This document shows, piece after piece, positions 38,191 through 48,134 of a DNA stretch of 64,000 nt. The notes under the pieces are model-generated. The model did not search any database, was not told where the DNA came from, and saw nothing but the letters and a program-made list of their open reading frames with translations. Numbering within the stretch: position 1 is the first letter of the stretch; every line of letters starts with the position of its first letter. Source of the DNA: a virus. The DNA is taken from positions 48,297-112,296 of IMG/VR virus record IMGVR_UViG_3300047321_000238. One strand, 5' to 3'. The position numbers were made by a program, and so were the translations under genes.

Positions 38191-38409
38191 ATGGATTTGT
38201 ATATAAACATAATAAAAGCTCAGTTAGATAACATAATACAATCTAATAAACATTATGTCGCAGCTAAGGGCGATAAAGGTAAGAAACAGTCAGCTTTAGT
38301 ACTGGCTACTAATATATGCAAACTAGAAAAAATTATAGAAGAATCATTAAAAGAGATTGAAAAAGCAGGAGTAGATGTAGATAGAGTAAGAATGAGGTTA
38401 GATTTATGA
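38191..38409 (+). CDS. hypothetical protein, 72 aa
   Basis: Track ORF with AAGGGTGA RBS. Confidence 0.45.
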   Translation: MDLYINIIKAQLDNIIQSNKHYVAAKGDKGKKQSALVLATNICKLEKIIEESLKEIEKAGVDVDRVRMRLDL

Positions 38410-39035
38410 TAGAATGTACTGGTTTATCTATGAAATATGGAAAACAAGAAATCTTTAAAAACTTTAATCATACCTTTAAAGATAACTCAATAACAGCAAT
38501 TATGGGTGAGTCAGGTAAAGGCAAGACTACATTAATTAAATGTATAGCAGGGCTTAATAAAGCTTATGAAGGACAGATTCTATATAAGAAGTCAAAGGAG
38601 GATGCCGCAGGAGATACCATCACTAAACCACATAAGGATATATTTATGATGCATCAAAGCTATACTAATTTTCCTTGGAAAAATTGTTTAGAAAATGTAT
38701 TGTTTCCATTAGAAATTAATGGTAAGATAAGTGAAGCAGATATACTAGAAGCAAAAGAGATTTTGGCTTCTGTTAATCTAAATGGATATGAAGATAAACA
38801 TCCTAGTGAATTATCTGGAGGAATGAATCAAAGGTTAGCAATGGCAAGAATGCTAATGGCCAAGCCTAGAGTTCTTTTGATGGACGAGCCTATGAGTGCG
38901 TTAGATAGCGTAACTAGAGGTAAAGTACAGGATTTATTGATGAATTTCCAAAGGAAACTAAAAAATACAATCATATTAATAACACATGATGAAAGCGAAG
39001 CTAAGAGAATATCAAGTGAGATAATAAATTTTTAG
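38406..39035 (+). CDS. ABC transporter ATP-binding protein
   Basis: Walker A GESGKGKTTL, ABC signature LSGGMNQR, Walker B VLLMDEP, H-loop ITHD. Confidence 0.8.
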   Translation: MIECTGLSMKYGKQEIFKNFNHTFKDNSITAIMGESGKGKTTLIKCIAGLNKAYEGQILYKKSKEDAAGDTITKPHKDIFMMHQSYTNFPWKNCLENVLFPLEINGKISEADILEAKEILASVNLNGYEDKHPSELSGGMNQRLAMARMLMAKPRVLLMDEPMSALDSVTRGKVQDLLMNFQRKLKNTIILITHDESEAKRISSEIINF

Positions 39036-39047
39036 GAGGAAAAAATT

Positions 39048-39584
39048 ATGGGATTTATGGACAAAATTAAAAACGCATTAATAGAAGAGGACGTTACTTC
39101 GGTAAACGTAGGGCCTGCAGGGAGAGTAAATGTAACTCCAGTAGCAACGTATGAACCAATTATAGAAGTAGATACTACAAATGTATTAAGTATTGACAAT
39201 ATCTATGAAGCTGGCTGTATTACAGACAGAGAAAGATCAATCTATAAAGTAGAAGAAATTAGAAAGATACTTCCAGATAGTCTTACAAAAGAAGCAAAGA
39301 AAGCTTCAGTTGTTGGAATGTTAAGTGTTTCAAAGATAACTGTAGAAGAAGTATGTTTAGATGCAGATAAGAGAACTGAATTGCTATTAAATACATTAGA
39401 ACAATTCACTCAAGAAACTGTAGCTATTAGACAACAAGCTCAAGTAGAAATTGATGAGTTAGAAGCTCAAGTTGAAGCAAAGAAAGCAGAAGTAACTGCA
39501 AGAAACTTAGAACAAGAAAAACAAGGTGAAATTATAACTACAGAATTAGAAGCAATTAGAACAATAAATGAATTTATTAAATAA
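39048..39584 (+). CDS. hypothetical protein with C-terminal coiled coil, 178 aa
   Basis: Track ORF with AGGAGGAAAA RBS. Confidence 0.5.
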   Translation: MGFMDKIKNALIEEDVTSVNVGPAGRVNVTPVATYEPIIEVDTTNVLSIDNIYEAGCITDRERSIYKVEEIRKILPDSLTKEAKKASVVGMLSVSKITVEEVCLDADKRTELLLNTLEQFTQETVAIRQQAQVEIDELEAQVEAKKAEVTARNLEQEKQGEIITTELEAIRTINEFIK

Positions 39585-39600
39585 GAGAGGATGATGTAAA

Positions 39601-40329
39601 ATGATAACTTTAATCGTTGGAGCATTAATTGTATTCGGAGGTATTTTAGTAGTATTTCCAAAGTCTAGAGTATTGTTAAAAGGAATGGTCAATGTCTTCA
39701 TAGAAGATGCAGCTAAAACTCCTGAAGGAGCTAAAGCAGTATATAATGAAGCTATTGATCAAAAGAAGAAAGATTATACTAGAGCAGCTGATACATTACA
39801 AAAGTTCACGGGAGCTCTTGAAACAGCTAAGAATAATCAAATTAGAGCAGAAAAAGATTTAAAGAATGCTGAACATCAATGTGATGTATTAATGAGTCAA
39901 AACAATGAAGCTGATGCACAAATCATGGTGCAAGAAGTAATGCTTCATAGAAAAGAAATCGAAACTTATTCAGCTCAAGTTGCTAAGTTAACACCAGCAG
40001 TTGAAGAAGCTAGAAATATAGCTACAACATTCCAAAAAGATGTTAAAGAACTTCAAGTCAAGAGAGAAATGAATGTTAAAGATCTTGAACTTAATATTCA
40101 AAATAAAGAGTTATATGATAGTTTAGATGAGTTAAGACATTCTAAACCAATCAATAATCTTCTTAAATCAGTTGAAGAAGGTATTGTTGAAAAGAGAGAA
40201 ATAGCTGTTGGAGCTAGAGAAGTTCATGAAAACAAACTTACAACAAAGATCGATAGAATTAACACTAAAGTAGCTGATGTCGAAAGTGATAATTATTTAG
40301 CTAGTTTAAGAGATAAATATAAGAAATAA
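39601..40329 (+). CDS. PspA/IM30 (ESCRT-III-like)-family-like coiled-coil protein with N-terminal TM helix
   Basis: After the TM helix, MVNVFIEDAAKTPEGAKAVYNEAIDQ resembles the PspA N-terminal helix (LLDKAEDPEKMLRQ...). The rest is a long coiled coil. Confidence 0.35.
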   Translation: MITLIVGALIVFGGILVVFPKSRVLLKGMVNVFIEDAAKTPEGAKAVYNEAIDQKKKDYTRAADTLQKFTGALETAKNNQIRAEKDLKNAEHQCDVLMSQNNEADAQIMVQEVMLHRKEIETYSAQVAKLTPAVEEARNIATTFQKDVKELQVKREMNVKDLELNIQNKELYDSLDELRHSKPINNLLKSVEEGIVEKREIAVGAREVHENKLTTKIDRINTKVADVESDNYLASLRDKYKK

Positions 40330-40359
40330 TTGTAACAAATATGAGGAGGATGTAATAAA

Positions 40360-41928
40360 ATGAAAAGATTTAAATTTACAAAAACAGCGAGGATTTTATT
40401 AGTAATACTAGCTTTAGCTATAATAGGTGTGTTAGGTTGGAAAACTGGAGCAGCTAAAAAAGTAGTAACATTTGCAAAGAACGATGTATCTTCAGTATTT
40501 AGTAAAAATGATAGTACTGATGAAATGTATGCAAAAGCAGAAGCAATTAAAAAAGAAGATGGAGCTATTAATATATCATTAGATGAATGGGTTGGTTGGA
40601 AACCTATTATAGATGCTAACGGTGGTTTACAAACTGCTAAAGGAAGTATCTTAGATAAAAAAGGAATTAAATTAAACATTTCAGTAATTAATGATTATAC
40701 TCAATCAAGTAATGCTTTAATCAAAGGTGATCTTAATGCCGCTGGTTATACAGTAAATAGATATGCTTTTCTTTATGACAAATTTAAATCAGCTAATGTT
40801 GAAACTAATATGGGTATCATAATTGATAACTCCAATGGTGGTAACGGAATTATAGCTAAAAAAGGTATTAATAGTTTAAGAGATTTAATAGGTAAGAAGA
40901 TTGGTATTCCAAGATTCTCTGAATGTCAAGCAATGGTAGAATTCTTAATCCAAAAATCAGATTTAACAGCTGATGAAGCTACAAAATTAAGAGCAGGATT
41001 CGTTCCATTTGACTCTCCAGATGATACAGCTAAAGCATTCTATGCTGGAGAATTAGATGCAGCATCAACTTGGCAACCATATCTAACACAAGCAACATCT
41101 ACAGTAGATGCACATATATTGTTCTCTACAAAAGATGCTCCAAACTTAATTATGGATGGTCTTGTGTTTAGAAAAGATTTCGCAGATAAGAATAAAGAAA
41201 CTATCGAAAAATTATTAGAAGGTATTTTAGAAGCACAAGCAATATATTCTACAGATGCAAAAGCTATATCTCAATCTTTCCCAATGTTTGCAACTCAAAC
41301 AGATAAAGAAACTTTAGATATGACTGGTGATTCACAACCAACTAATAGTGCAAGTATGTTAAATTATATGGATAAAAACGGAGCTGCTGTCAACTTATTC
41401 AGAGATATGGCTAACATATGGTCTGGATTAGGAGAAAAATCAGATCCAGCAAATGCAGCAGTTGCATTTGATAACACTTATATTAAAGATGTTGCACCTA
41501 AATATACTGATGCTAAGGTAGCAAAGCCAACATTTACTGCAGAACAAAAACAAACTGCACAATCTCAAGATAATAAACAAGCTTTATTAAGTCAAAAATT
41601 ATCTATTAGTTTTGATGTTGGTAGTGCAAGTATATCTTCAGATAGTTATGCATCATTAAAAGAATTCTTTAACACAGCGAATATATTAAACGGTACTGTT
41701 ATCCAAATTGAGGGTAACACAGATAATACTGGAGATGCAACAGCTAACCAAGCATTATCTGAAAAGAGAGCACAAAGTATTGCAAAATACTTACAAGCTC
41801 AAGGTTTAGATGCAAGTAGATTCGTAGTTATTGGTAATGGACCTAATAAACCAGTTGCAGATAATAATTCTGCCGAAGGTCAAGCTGCTAATAGAAGAAC
41901 AGATATGTACTTCAAAGTAGTTAAATAA
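40360..41928 (+). CDS. membrane-anchored substrate-binding-like protein with C-terminal OmpA/MotB peptidoglycan-binding domain
   Basis: N-terminal TM or signal segment. C-terminal GNTDNTGDATANQALSEKRAQSIAKYL...GNGPNKPVADNNSAEGQAANRRTDM matches the OmpA-C pattern. Confidence 0.6.
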   Translation: MKRFKFTKTARILLVILALAIIGVLGWKTGAAKKVVTFAKNDVSSVFSKNDSTDEMYAKAEAIKKEDGAINISLDEWVGWKPIIDANGGLQTAKGSILDKKGIKLNISVINDYTQSSNALIKGDLNAAGYTVNRYAFLYDKFKSANVETNMGIIIDNSNGGNGIIAKKGINSLRDLIGKKIGIPRFSECQAMVEFLIQKSDLTADEATKLRAGFVPFDSPDDTAKAFYAGELDAASTWQPYLTQATSTVDAHILFSTKDAPNLIMDGLVFRKDFADKNKETIEKLLEGILEAQAIYSTDAKAISQSFPMFATQTDKETLDMTGDSQPTNSASMLNYMDKNGAAVNLFRDMANIWSGLGEKSDPANAAVAFDNTYIKDVAPKYTDAKVAKPTFTAEQKQTAQSQDNKQALLSQKLSISFDVGSASISSDSYASLKEFFNTANILNGTVIQIEGNTDNTGDATANQALSEKRAQSIAKYLQAQGLDASRFVVIGNGPNKPVADNNSAEGQAANRRTDMYFKVVK

Positions 41929-41940
41929 TAAAGATAATTG

Positions 41941-41975
41941 GGCTCATATAAATGGGCCCTTTGTTTTATTAATAT
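41941..41975 (+). terminator. rho-independent terminator
   Basis: GGGCUCAUAUAAAUGGGCCC stem-loop followed by UUUGUUUUAUU. Confidence 0.5.
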
Positions 41976-42029
41976 ATGTATTCAGTAATATGAATATAAA
42001 TATTAGTAAAAATAAAAGGAGTTATTATT

Positions 42030-42293
42030 ATGATATTGTTAAATATTTTTATCACTTTTTGCGTTTGGGCAATTGGTTGTTATGTTGTTCAAGAATATGA
42101 GTTTTTTAATGAATTTGCTGAAAAATTTCCAAGACCGATAGAATTATTCATTAAAATTTTGTATATGACTCCCTATGTAGGTCTTATAATAGTTGTTACT
42201 ACTATTTGTCTTTTGTTATGTGGATGTATAATTGGAATAATTATATTATATCCTATAAGTTGTATTACAAGTATATTTGAAAAAGATAAATAA
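42030..42293 (+). CDS. small membrane protein, 87 aa
   Basis: Track ORF with AAAGGAG RBS. Cys-rich TM segments. Confidence 0.5.
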   Translation: MILLNIFITFCVWAIGCYVVQEYEFFNEFAEKFPRPIELFIKILYMTPYVGLIIVVTTICLLLCGCIIGIIILYPISCITSIFEKDK

Positions 42294-42308
42294 TAAGGTG
42301 GATGATAG

Positions 42309-42650
42309 ATGGAATTATTAAAGTATATCAATAATCTAAATAACATTAGTAAACCTCGAACAGTTATAAAAATTAAAAGAGGAGTAATAAATAACTTACC
42401 TAATAGATTAGAACCAAATGAAATATTTTATGTAACAGATGCCCATATATTAGGAGTAGCTGATAGCACAGGAAATCCTAATTTATTAGTAGCAGTCGAA
42501 GAACTACCTTATATAGAAGATTTTCCTGTATATCCCGATAGAAATAAATTATACTATTCAATATTGAATGAGCAAGTATATTATTATGATTATCAGACTC
42601 AGAGATATGAACCTGTTAGATTAAATACATTTAATTTAGATATTAGATAA
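42309..42650 (+). CDS. MELLKYIN-leader family small protein (MELLKYINNL), isolated copy
   Basis: Perfect family N-terminus 16 kb away from the main array. Confidence 0.6.
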   Translation: MELLKYINNLNNISKPRTVIKIKRGVINNLPNRLEPNEIFYVTDAHILGVADSTGNPNLLVAVEELPYIEDFPVYPDRNKLYYSILNEQVYYYDYQTQRYEPVRLNTFNLDIR

Positions 42651-42661
42651 GGAGGAGTATT

Positions 42662-42871
42662 ATGGTAGAAAAGAAAATAGTTAATGTAAATTACTATAGA
42701 AGTTGGTTTGGTATAATTCATAAATGCACAATCATAGGACATGAAACCTTTTATCCTATAATATGTGATACGTATACAAGATATCTTATAAAAATAGAAA
42801 GTAACGGCAAATTAAAATATGTTCATGAGAAAAGAATAGTCAGTGGAAAGGAAGAAGTTTATGATATCTAA
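42662..42871 (+). CDS. hypothetical protein, 69 aa
   Basis: Track ORF with AAGGAGGAG RBS. Confidence 0.45.
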   Translation: MVEKKIVNVNYYRSWFGIIHKCTIIGHETFYPIICDTYTRYLIKIESNGKLKYVHEKRIVSGKEEVYDI

Positions 42872-43176
42872 ATTGATATAGCAACTTCTCCAGTTCCTAC
42901 TATTACAATTGTATCACCAACATGAATAATCCCTAAATTTATAACTTCATCTTTATTATCAAATTTTTTTTGTACCCTTTCATTTCCATTAGAATCAAAT
43001 ATTGATAAATACATAGTATTTGAAGACATTAGTTTGGCGGTAGCATTATATTCTTTTACAGCATCTATAGTATAGATGCCTTGTTTATATGTATTTGATA
43101 TAAAAACTGCTTTTGCAGGACAAGCTAAAAAGAATACTGATAATGTAAGAATTATTAAAGGAATTTTAAATTTCAT
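42868..43176 (-). CDS. secreted small protein (signal peptide), lone minus-strand gene
   Basis: Start at MKFKIPLIILTLSVFFLACPAKA after a GAGGTG RBS. The track ORF is 3 codons longer. Confidence 0.5.
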   Translation of the reverse strand: MKFKIPLIILTLSVFFLACPAKAVFISNTYKQGIYTIDAVKEYNATAKLMSSNTMYLSIFDSNGNERVQKKFDNKDEVINLGIIHVGDTIVIVGTGEVAISI

Positions 43177-43261
43177 AGTATGCACCTCATTTCATTATAT
43201 TTTGTTTAATTTTAATAAGATGTATACATTTAAAATTATATGAGTTAAGGAGAAACAACTT

Positions 43262-43417
43262 ATGAATAAATTTAAAGAAGGATCTATTAAAACATATGGG
43301 TGGGAATTATCTTACTCTAATGAACTAGGTAAGAATAAATTACCTAAAGACGAAAAGAAATATATTAGAAGATTATCAAGAAATAAATTGAAAAGAATTA
43401 AAAATGAGGAGGAATAA
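43262..43417 (+). CDS. small basic protein, 51 aa
   Basis: AAGGAGAAA RBS. Not in track. Confidence 0.35.
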   Translation: MNKFKEGSIKTYGWELSYSNELGKNKLPKDEKKYIRRLSRNKLKRIKNEEE

Positions 43418-43420
43418 ATC

Positions 43421-43831
43421 ATGGCCATTAAAAAAGATTACTATTGTAAAGACTGCGGACATAACAATAATGGATGGTGTCCTAAGAAAAAGAAGAATGG
43501 ATTAAAAGACATTACAGCAAAAGATTGTAATGAAAAGACATTAGAGAAGAACATAGACGGAATAGAAATAGAAATAGAAGTAGAAGACGACATATTAAGT
43601 AAAGCAAATAAAGAAATGGCTTGTACTAAACAATCTCTTTGTGATGACATAGACAAAGTAAACGATGTAGCTCAATCATTAAAAAATAAAGAGATGCTTG
43701 ATTTCTTAAAAGAACATTTACGTTTAGACAGCGATACTAGATCAGGATTAATTCCAGGAAGTAAAATAGTAACGGTCACTTTAATGATTGACGATGAGCC
43801 AATCAGTGATATAGATTTTTTAACAAGATAA
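43421..43831 (+). CDS. hypothetical protein with N-terminal CxxC...C Zn-ribbon-like motif, 136 aa
   Basis: Track ORF with GAGGAGGAA RBS. Confidence 0.5.
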   Translation: MAIKKDYYCKDCGHNNNGWCPKKKKNGLKDITAKDCNEKTLEKNIDGIEIEIEVEDDILSKANKEMACTKQSLCDDIDKVNDVAQSLKNKEMLDFLKEHLRLDSDTRSGLIPGSKIVTVTLMIDDEPISDIDFLTR

Positions 43832-43875
43832 TACGTAATATGTAGATATGGCGACTTAACTAAAAGGGGAATATC

Positions 43876-44133
43876 GTGATGAAAATTAACACAATAGCAG
43901 AGATTGTCTTAAAATACAAAGAAAAGGAATATAAATTTAATTTTGATTTTGGGAGTTATATTCCAAGTGAAAATGCAGAATATTTGTTTGAAGATGGTAA
44001 TTATGCTTGTGATTGTAATAGGTCAATGTTTATAAAGAAATATTGTAATAAGGATTTTTTGGAATTACAATGCGGTGGAGATGAAATAGATTTAATAAGC
44101 TTCACAATAATACAAGAGGGGCAAAAAGAATAA
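43876..44133 (+). CDS. hypothetical protein, 85 aa
   Basis: Track ORF with AAAGGGGAA RBS. Confidence 0.45.
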   Translation: MMKINTIAEIVLKYKEKEYKFNFDFGSYIPSENAEYLFEDGNYACDCNRSMFIKKYCNKDFLELQCGGDEIDLISFTIIQEGQKE

Positions 44134-44186
44134 TGAGACGCAATACTAAAATATTACGCATAAAAAATAAGGAGGAAATTATTATG

Positions 44187-44861
44187 AAAATTATCGCATT
44201 TATAGGGCCTACAGGCACAGGAAAGAGTTCTATACAAAAAGGAGTACAAGAATACTACAGAGATAGAGCAAGCTATACAAATGACAGCATGAATGACTAC
44301 TTGCGAGTTAAAACAGTTGTTACAACTACAGACAGAGCAATAAGACATGGAGAAAAGAATGGAAAGGATTATCACTTCGTTATACCTGAAACATTTAAAA
44401 CTGGAGTAGTCAATGACCACTTTATTGAAGTAAAGACAGTTAAAGATTATGAAGAGAAAGAAATTCATTATGGATTAAAAAAAGATGCTTTAGGTATCTT
44501 AAGTAATAATAATGACATATTATTGTTATCACTAGATATTGGTGGATTAATTAATCTACAACAGTATCTACAAGAACAAGAATTAGATTCAAATGAAATA
44601 TTATTCCCAATCTTCATTGAAACATCTGCTGAAAGAAGAATGAGAAGATGTATGATTAGAGCTACAGGAGATACTGGACAAGGGCCTCATATAAAATGTC
44701 CAGATGAAACTGTATATAAGATTTGTGAAAGAATGATTCATGATGCAGAAGAAAACGAAGAAGCTAAAGATTATTGTATTTTAACAATTAAAAATGAAAT
44801 GGATTGTGATAAGCAAGAATGTGTTAGCTTTGTTATTAAGTTAATTCAAGGCATGCTTTAA
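44187..44861 (+). CDS. guanylate kinase-like P-loop nucleotide kinase
   Basis: Start after AAGGAGG. Walker A IGPTGTGKSS. TTTDRAIRHGEKNGKDYHFV matches the guanylate kinase TTRxxRxGExxGxDYxFV motif. Confidence 0.6.
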   Translation, partial: KIIAFIGPTGTGKSSIQKGVQEYYRDRASYTNDSMNDYLRVKTVVTTTDRAIRHGEKNGKDYHFVIPETFKTGVVNDHFIEVKTVKDYEEKEIHYGLKKDALGILSNNNDILLLSLDIGGLINLQQYLQEQELDSNEILFPIFIETSAERRMRRCMIRATGDTGQGPHIKCPDETVYKICERMIHDAEENEEAKDYCILTIKNEMDCDKQECVSFVIKLIQGML

Positions 44862-44868
44862 TTAGGAG

Positions 44869-45081
44869 GTGCAAACCATGAAAAAAATAACAGAAGAACA
44901 GTTAACAGAAATATCAGCACAAATATGCGACATATTTGAAGATGTTCTTGAAGAAAATGATGTTACTATTCCAGATGATGAAAGAGATGATAATCAAGAA
45001 GATCAAGCAAGATTATTTGGAGCTACTTATTATGAAGTAGAAGACAAAGTAAAAGAAATATTAAGAAAATTAGGGGAGTAA
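44869..45081 (+). CDS. hypothetical acidic protein, 70 aa
   Basis: Track ORF with AGGAGGTG RBS. Confidence 0.45.
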   Translation: MQTMKKITEEQLTEISAQICDIFEDVLEENDVTIPDDERDDNQEDQARLFGATYYEVEDKVKEILRKLGE

Positions 45082-45084
45082 ACT

Positions 45085-45726
45085 ATGAAAAAATTTAAAA
45101 GTTCACTACTTATAGCTATAGTATTATGTTTTTTAATGTCAATGCCAGCGATTAGTGCACAAGCAGTAGGCACTTCGGTAGGAAGTAGTAGCAAGACTAC
45201 AACAACTACTAAGACACCTACAACAACGACTAAGACGCCACAAACAAGTACAAACAGTACAGGATTTAAAAGTGGTAGTTATTCAGGTACAGGTAGTCAG
45301 ACTCAAACAAGTAAAACTGCTCCTGCACCAACTACACCTAAAACACAAACAGGTAGTACAGGAAGTACATCTACTAAAACACAAACAAGTGGAACTAGTG
45401 GTACTCAAACAGGAAGTGTTAGTAAGAAGTCAATAGACACTAGCAGTCCTGCTTTAAAGAGTATTCCTTCAGATTATAGTGGTCATTCTACAAGCAACAA
45501 TTATTATTATCATGATAGCAGTAGTGGCTTTTATAATGCAATGAGTAGCTATTATTTCTGGAGAGCATTACATCCACAAGATAGAGTATATTATGTAGAT
45601 GGACATGAGCAAATTGCACCAGCTAGCACTGGAGTAAGATCTATGTTTGCTGATATCTTTACGCTTATATTTTTAATAGCTTTAGGTTATGGAATATATT
45701 ATTTTGGATTTAAAAAAAGGAGGTAA
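45085..45726 (+). CDS. secreted Thr/Ser-rich (mucin-like) protein with C-terminal membrane anchor
   Basis: Signal peptide. Long T/S/K/Q low-complexity region. C-terminal hydrophobic helix followed by basic residues. Confidence 0.55.
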   Translation: MKKFKSSLLIAIVLCFLMSMPAISAQAVGTSVGSSSKTTTTTKTPTTTTKTPQTSTNSTGFKSGSYSGTGSQTQTSKTAPAPTTPKTQTGSTGSTSTKTQTSGTSGTQTGSVSKKSIDTSSPALKSIPSDYSGHSTSNNYYYHDSSSGFYNAMSSYYFWRALHPQDRVYYVDGHEQIAPASTGVRSMFADIFTLIFLIALGYGIYYFGFKKRR

Positions 45727-45728
45727 TT

Positions 45729-45893
45729 ATGAAAAGATTAATTGATTTTTTTGTTGGAGCAGGTATCCTGTTTATGATTAGTTATTCTGCATTTGAATGG
45801 AAGAGTCCAATATTAGTAATGGCTTTCTCATTAATCTTTGGAGTAAGAGGTTATTGGGAAGGATATTCAAAAGGAATGAATAATAGAAAATGA
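45729..45893 (+). CDS. small membrane protein, 54 aa
   Basis: AGGAGG RBS. Not in track. ATGA overlap with the next gene. Confidence 0.4.
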   Translation: MKRLIDFFVGAGILFMISYSAFEWKSPILVMAFSLIFGVRGYWEGYSKGMNNRK

Positions 45894-46312
45894 ATTTAGA
45901 ATGTAGTTCTAAGGGTGATACTGATTATTCCGCTCTATTTGCAAAAGTAGACGGGGTATCCATTGAACATAGATATCAGTTATCTAAACGATTTCTATTT
46001 AATCAATGCATAGTTCACCCTGAGACATATAAACAAGCAAAGTATTGGCAAAGAAGAAATGAGTACTTCTTATTAGATTTTGTAGTAGACTCACATATAT
46101 ACTCATTAGAATACCTTAGTATGTTTTATAACAGTCTATGGTATAAATACTTAATCAAGAATTCTAAGCTTATAAAGAACTTAGAGAAGTATGACACATT
46201 CACTGACTGCTTTAAAAACAGTAACACAATCAATAGTCAATGTGATATAATTGCTTTAGTAGCAAACAAAGGCATTGATGAATTAAAAAGACAAAGTGGA
46301 ATATTTATATAA
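45890..46312 (+). CDS. hypothetical protein, 140 aa
   Basis: Track ORF. Confidence 0.5.
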   Translation: MNLECSSKGDTDYSALFAKVDGVSIEHRYQLSKRFLFNQCIVHPETYKQAKYWQRRNEYFLLDFVVDSHIYSLEYLSMFYNSLWYKYLIKNSKLIKNLEKYDTFTDCFKNSNTINSQCDIIALVANKGIDELKRQSGIFI

Positions 46313-46323
46313 GGAGGAATCAC

Positions 46324-46785
46324 ATGGTAAAACAAGTTGAATCTAAATCAATGATTGATGCAATAGCAGCTGTTAAAGATGATGAAATAACTTTTGCTAA
46401 ATTGAATAACTTCATAATTAAAAAGAATTCAAGTGGCGAAGTTAGAATATATCATGGAAAGCCAGCTCCAGTATCATTTCCTGTAGATCATGACTTTGCA
46501 TGTTTTATTGAAACATTTGAAAAGAGTGATTTAAAAACAGGAATGATTGTTAGAACTAGAGATGGTTACAAATATATAGTTATAGATAATCGTTTAATGC
46601 ATGATACTGAAAATTTAGACTTAAGATATTATAAAGATGATTTAACTCATTCAGATATCAATAATAAAAAGATGGATATTATTAAAATATATAAATCAAA
46701 GCCAGACGAAGTGGAAGGTTTGGATGATTATTTTGATACTAAAAATCTTAATATTATAGCTTCAATAAATGTAATTAAAGACTAA
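46324..46785 (+). CDS. hypothetical protein, 153 aa
   Basis: Track ORF with AGGAGGAA RBS. Confidence 0.5.
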   Translation: MVKQVESKSMIDAIAAVKDDEITFAKLNNFIIKKNSSGEVRIYHGKPAPVSFPVDHDFACFIETFEKSDLKTGMIVRTRDGYKYIVIDNRLMHDTENLDLRYYKDDLTHSDINNKKMDIIKIYKSKPDEVEGLDDYFDTKNLNIIASINVIKD

Positions 46786-46806
46786 ACACTAAAGGTGGGA
46801 AGAGAG

Positions 46807-47787
46807 ATGAACTTAAAAAATATACTGGATAAGTATACGAAAGCAAGCTTAGTTGAGGCTTTTTTACACTTGTATCCACATCAGAAAACTTCAATATCTG
46901 GTTACGAATATATAATAGATGAATTAAAAGATAAAGTTCAAGAAGAAACTGATACTATACTTCATATAGATATGTATATGAAAGATGGTAAAGATTCTTA
47001 TGAAGTTTATGGACTTAACCAGAATAAAAGAATAGATCTTTCTTTTATGCCATGGAATAAATGGGTAACCATGGAGATAGATCCCGAAATACTTGAATAT
47101 ATAGATGAGAAGGTTATATTTGGACATGCTCTATATGAAATATCATTTAATAGTTGCACCGAAGATATGGTACATGGATTAGGAATAGATATATCAGATG
47201 TAATTGAAACTTTATTATCTAATCCTAACACTAAAGTTACTGCAGTTTCTTCTATGGAAGACTTATTTAAAGAAATGGATAAGTGGAAAGAAGAGTTAAT
47301 GAATAGCTTTACAATAGAAGAGCTAGGAACTTTTGAACTTCAATCTGATGAATTAGTATTAAGTGATGCAAATTGTTTTGATGATAAAATAATATTAGGC
47401 AATATGAAACAAGGGACCTGGCATGCTTCTGTAGTTAATTGTAGTGCAAGTGATGAAATAGAAAATGATTATATTGAATTGGCAATTAAACATGAAGATA
47501 TAAAAGATGTTGATATCTATGATTTATATTATACTGGACCTGTAGATCTGCATGAAGATAAATTAATTACAGACAATAAAAAAATTGTAGTTATGGATGC
47601 AAGCAAGTTGGATGAGAATAAAACGTTTAACATAGAAGACTTTGAGCCTTGTATATTAGAAAGTGGAGTTCTAGCAATTGCTGGCGTAGAGGAAGGGCCT
47701 TATGAAATCTATTTATTTAAAGATGAAGAAGGTAAAATAGTAGGCTTAAGAATAGCATTCATGCAAGAAGAAGATGATGAATATTAG
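46807..47787 (+). CDS. hypothetical acidic protein, 326 aa
   Basis: Start taken at the ATG after AAAGGTGGGAAGAGAG. Track start is 46795. Confidence 0.55.
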   Translation: MNLKNILDKYTKASLVEAFLHLYPHQKTSISGYEYIIDELKDKVQEETDTILHIDMYMKDGKDSYEVYGLNQNKRIDLSFMPWNKWVTMEIDPEILEYIDEKVIFGHALYEISFNSCTEDMVHGLGIDISDVIETLLSNPNTKVTAVSSMEDLFKEMDKWKEELMNSFTIEELGTFELQSDELVLSDANCFDDKIILGNMKQGTWHASVVNCSASDEIENDYIELAIKHEDIKDVDIYDLYYTGPVDLHEDKLITDNKKIVVMDASKLDENKTFNIEDFEPCILESGVLAIAGVEEGPYEIYLFKDEEGKIVGLRIAFMQEEDDEY

Positions 47788-48134
47788 AAATAATATAGCT
47801 TTGAGAATTTATTTTTCAAGGCTTCATTTTTGTATGGACAAGTACTAAATATTATTGTAAAATGTAAACAAGCATTAAATTTATACTGCATTGAGAAGTG
47901 CTCAATATGGAGCATTGTTGTACAGGTACGAAGTGAGAAGAGAAGAATATACAGCAGTATTAAGATTAGTGCTTTTTTGACCAAAAAATTAAATATATTA
48001 ATATAAGAGTTGACATGGACAATCTCTATAAAATAACCTGTCGTAAAAGGCGTACCTCCCCACGTATTGAAAAAAGTATACAAAGGGCTAGGGATTATTC
48101 TATACTTTTTGACTATATCCAAGAAGTATAAACC

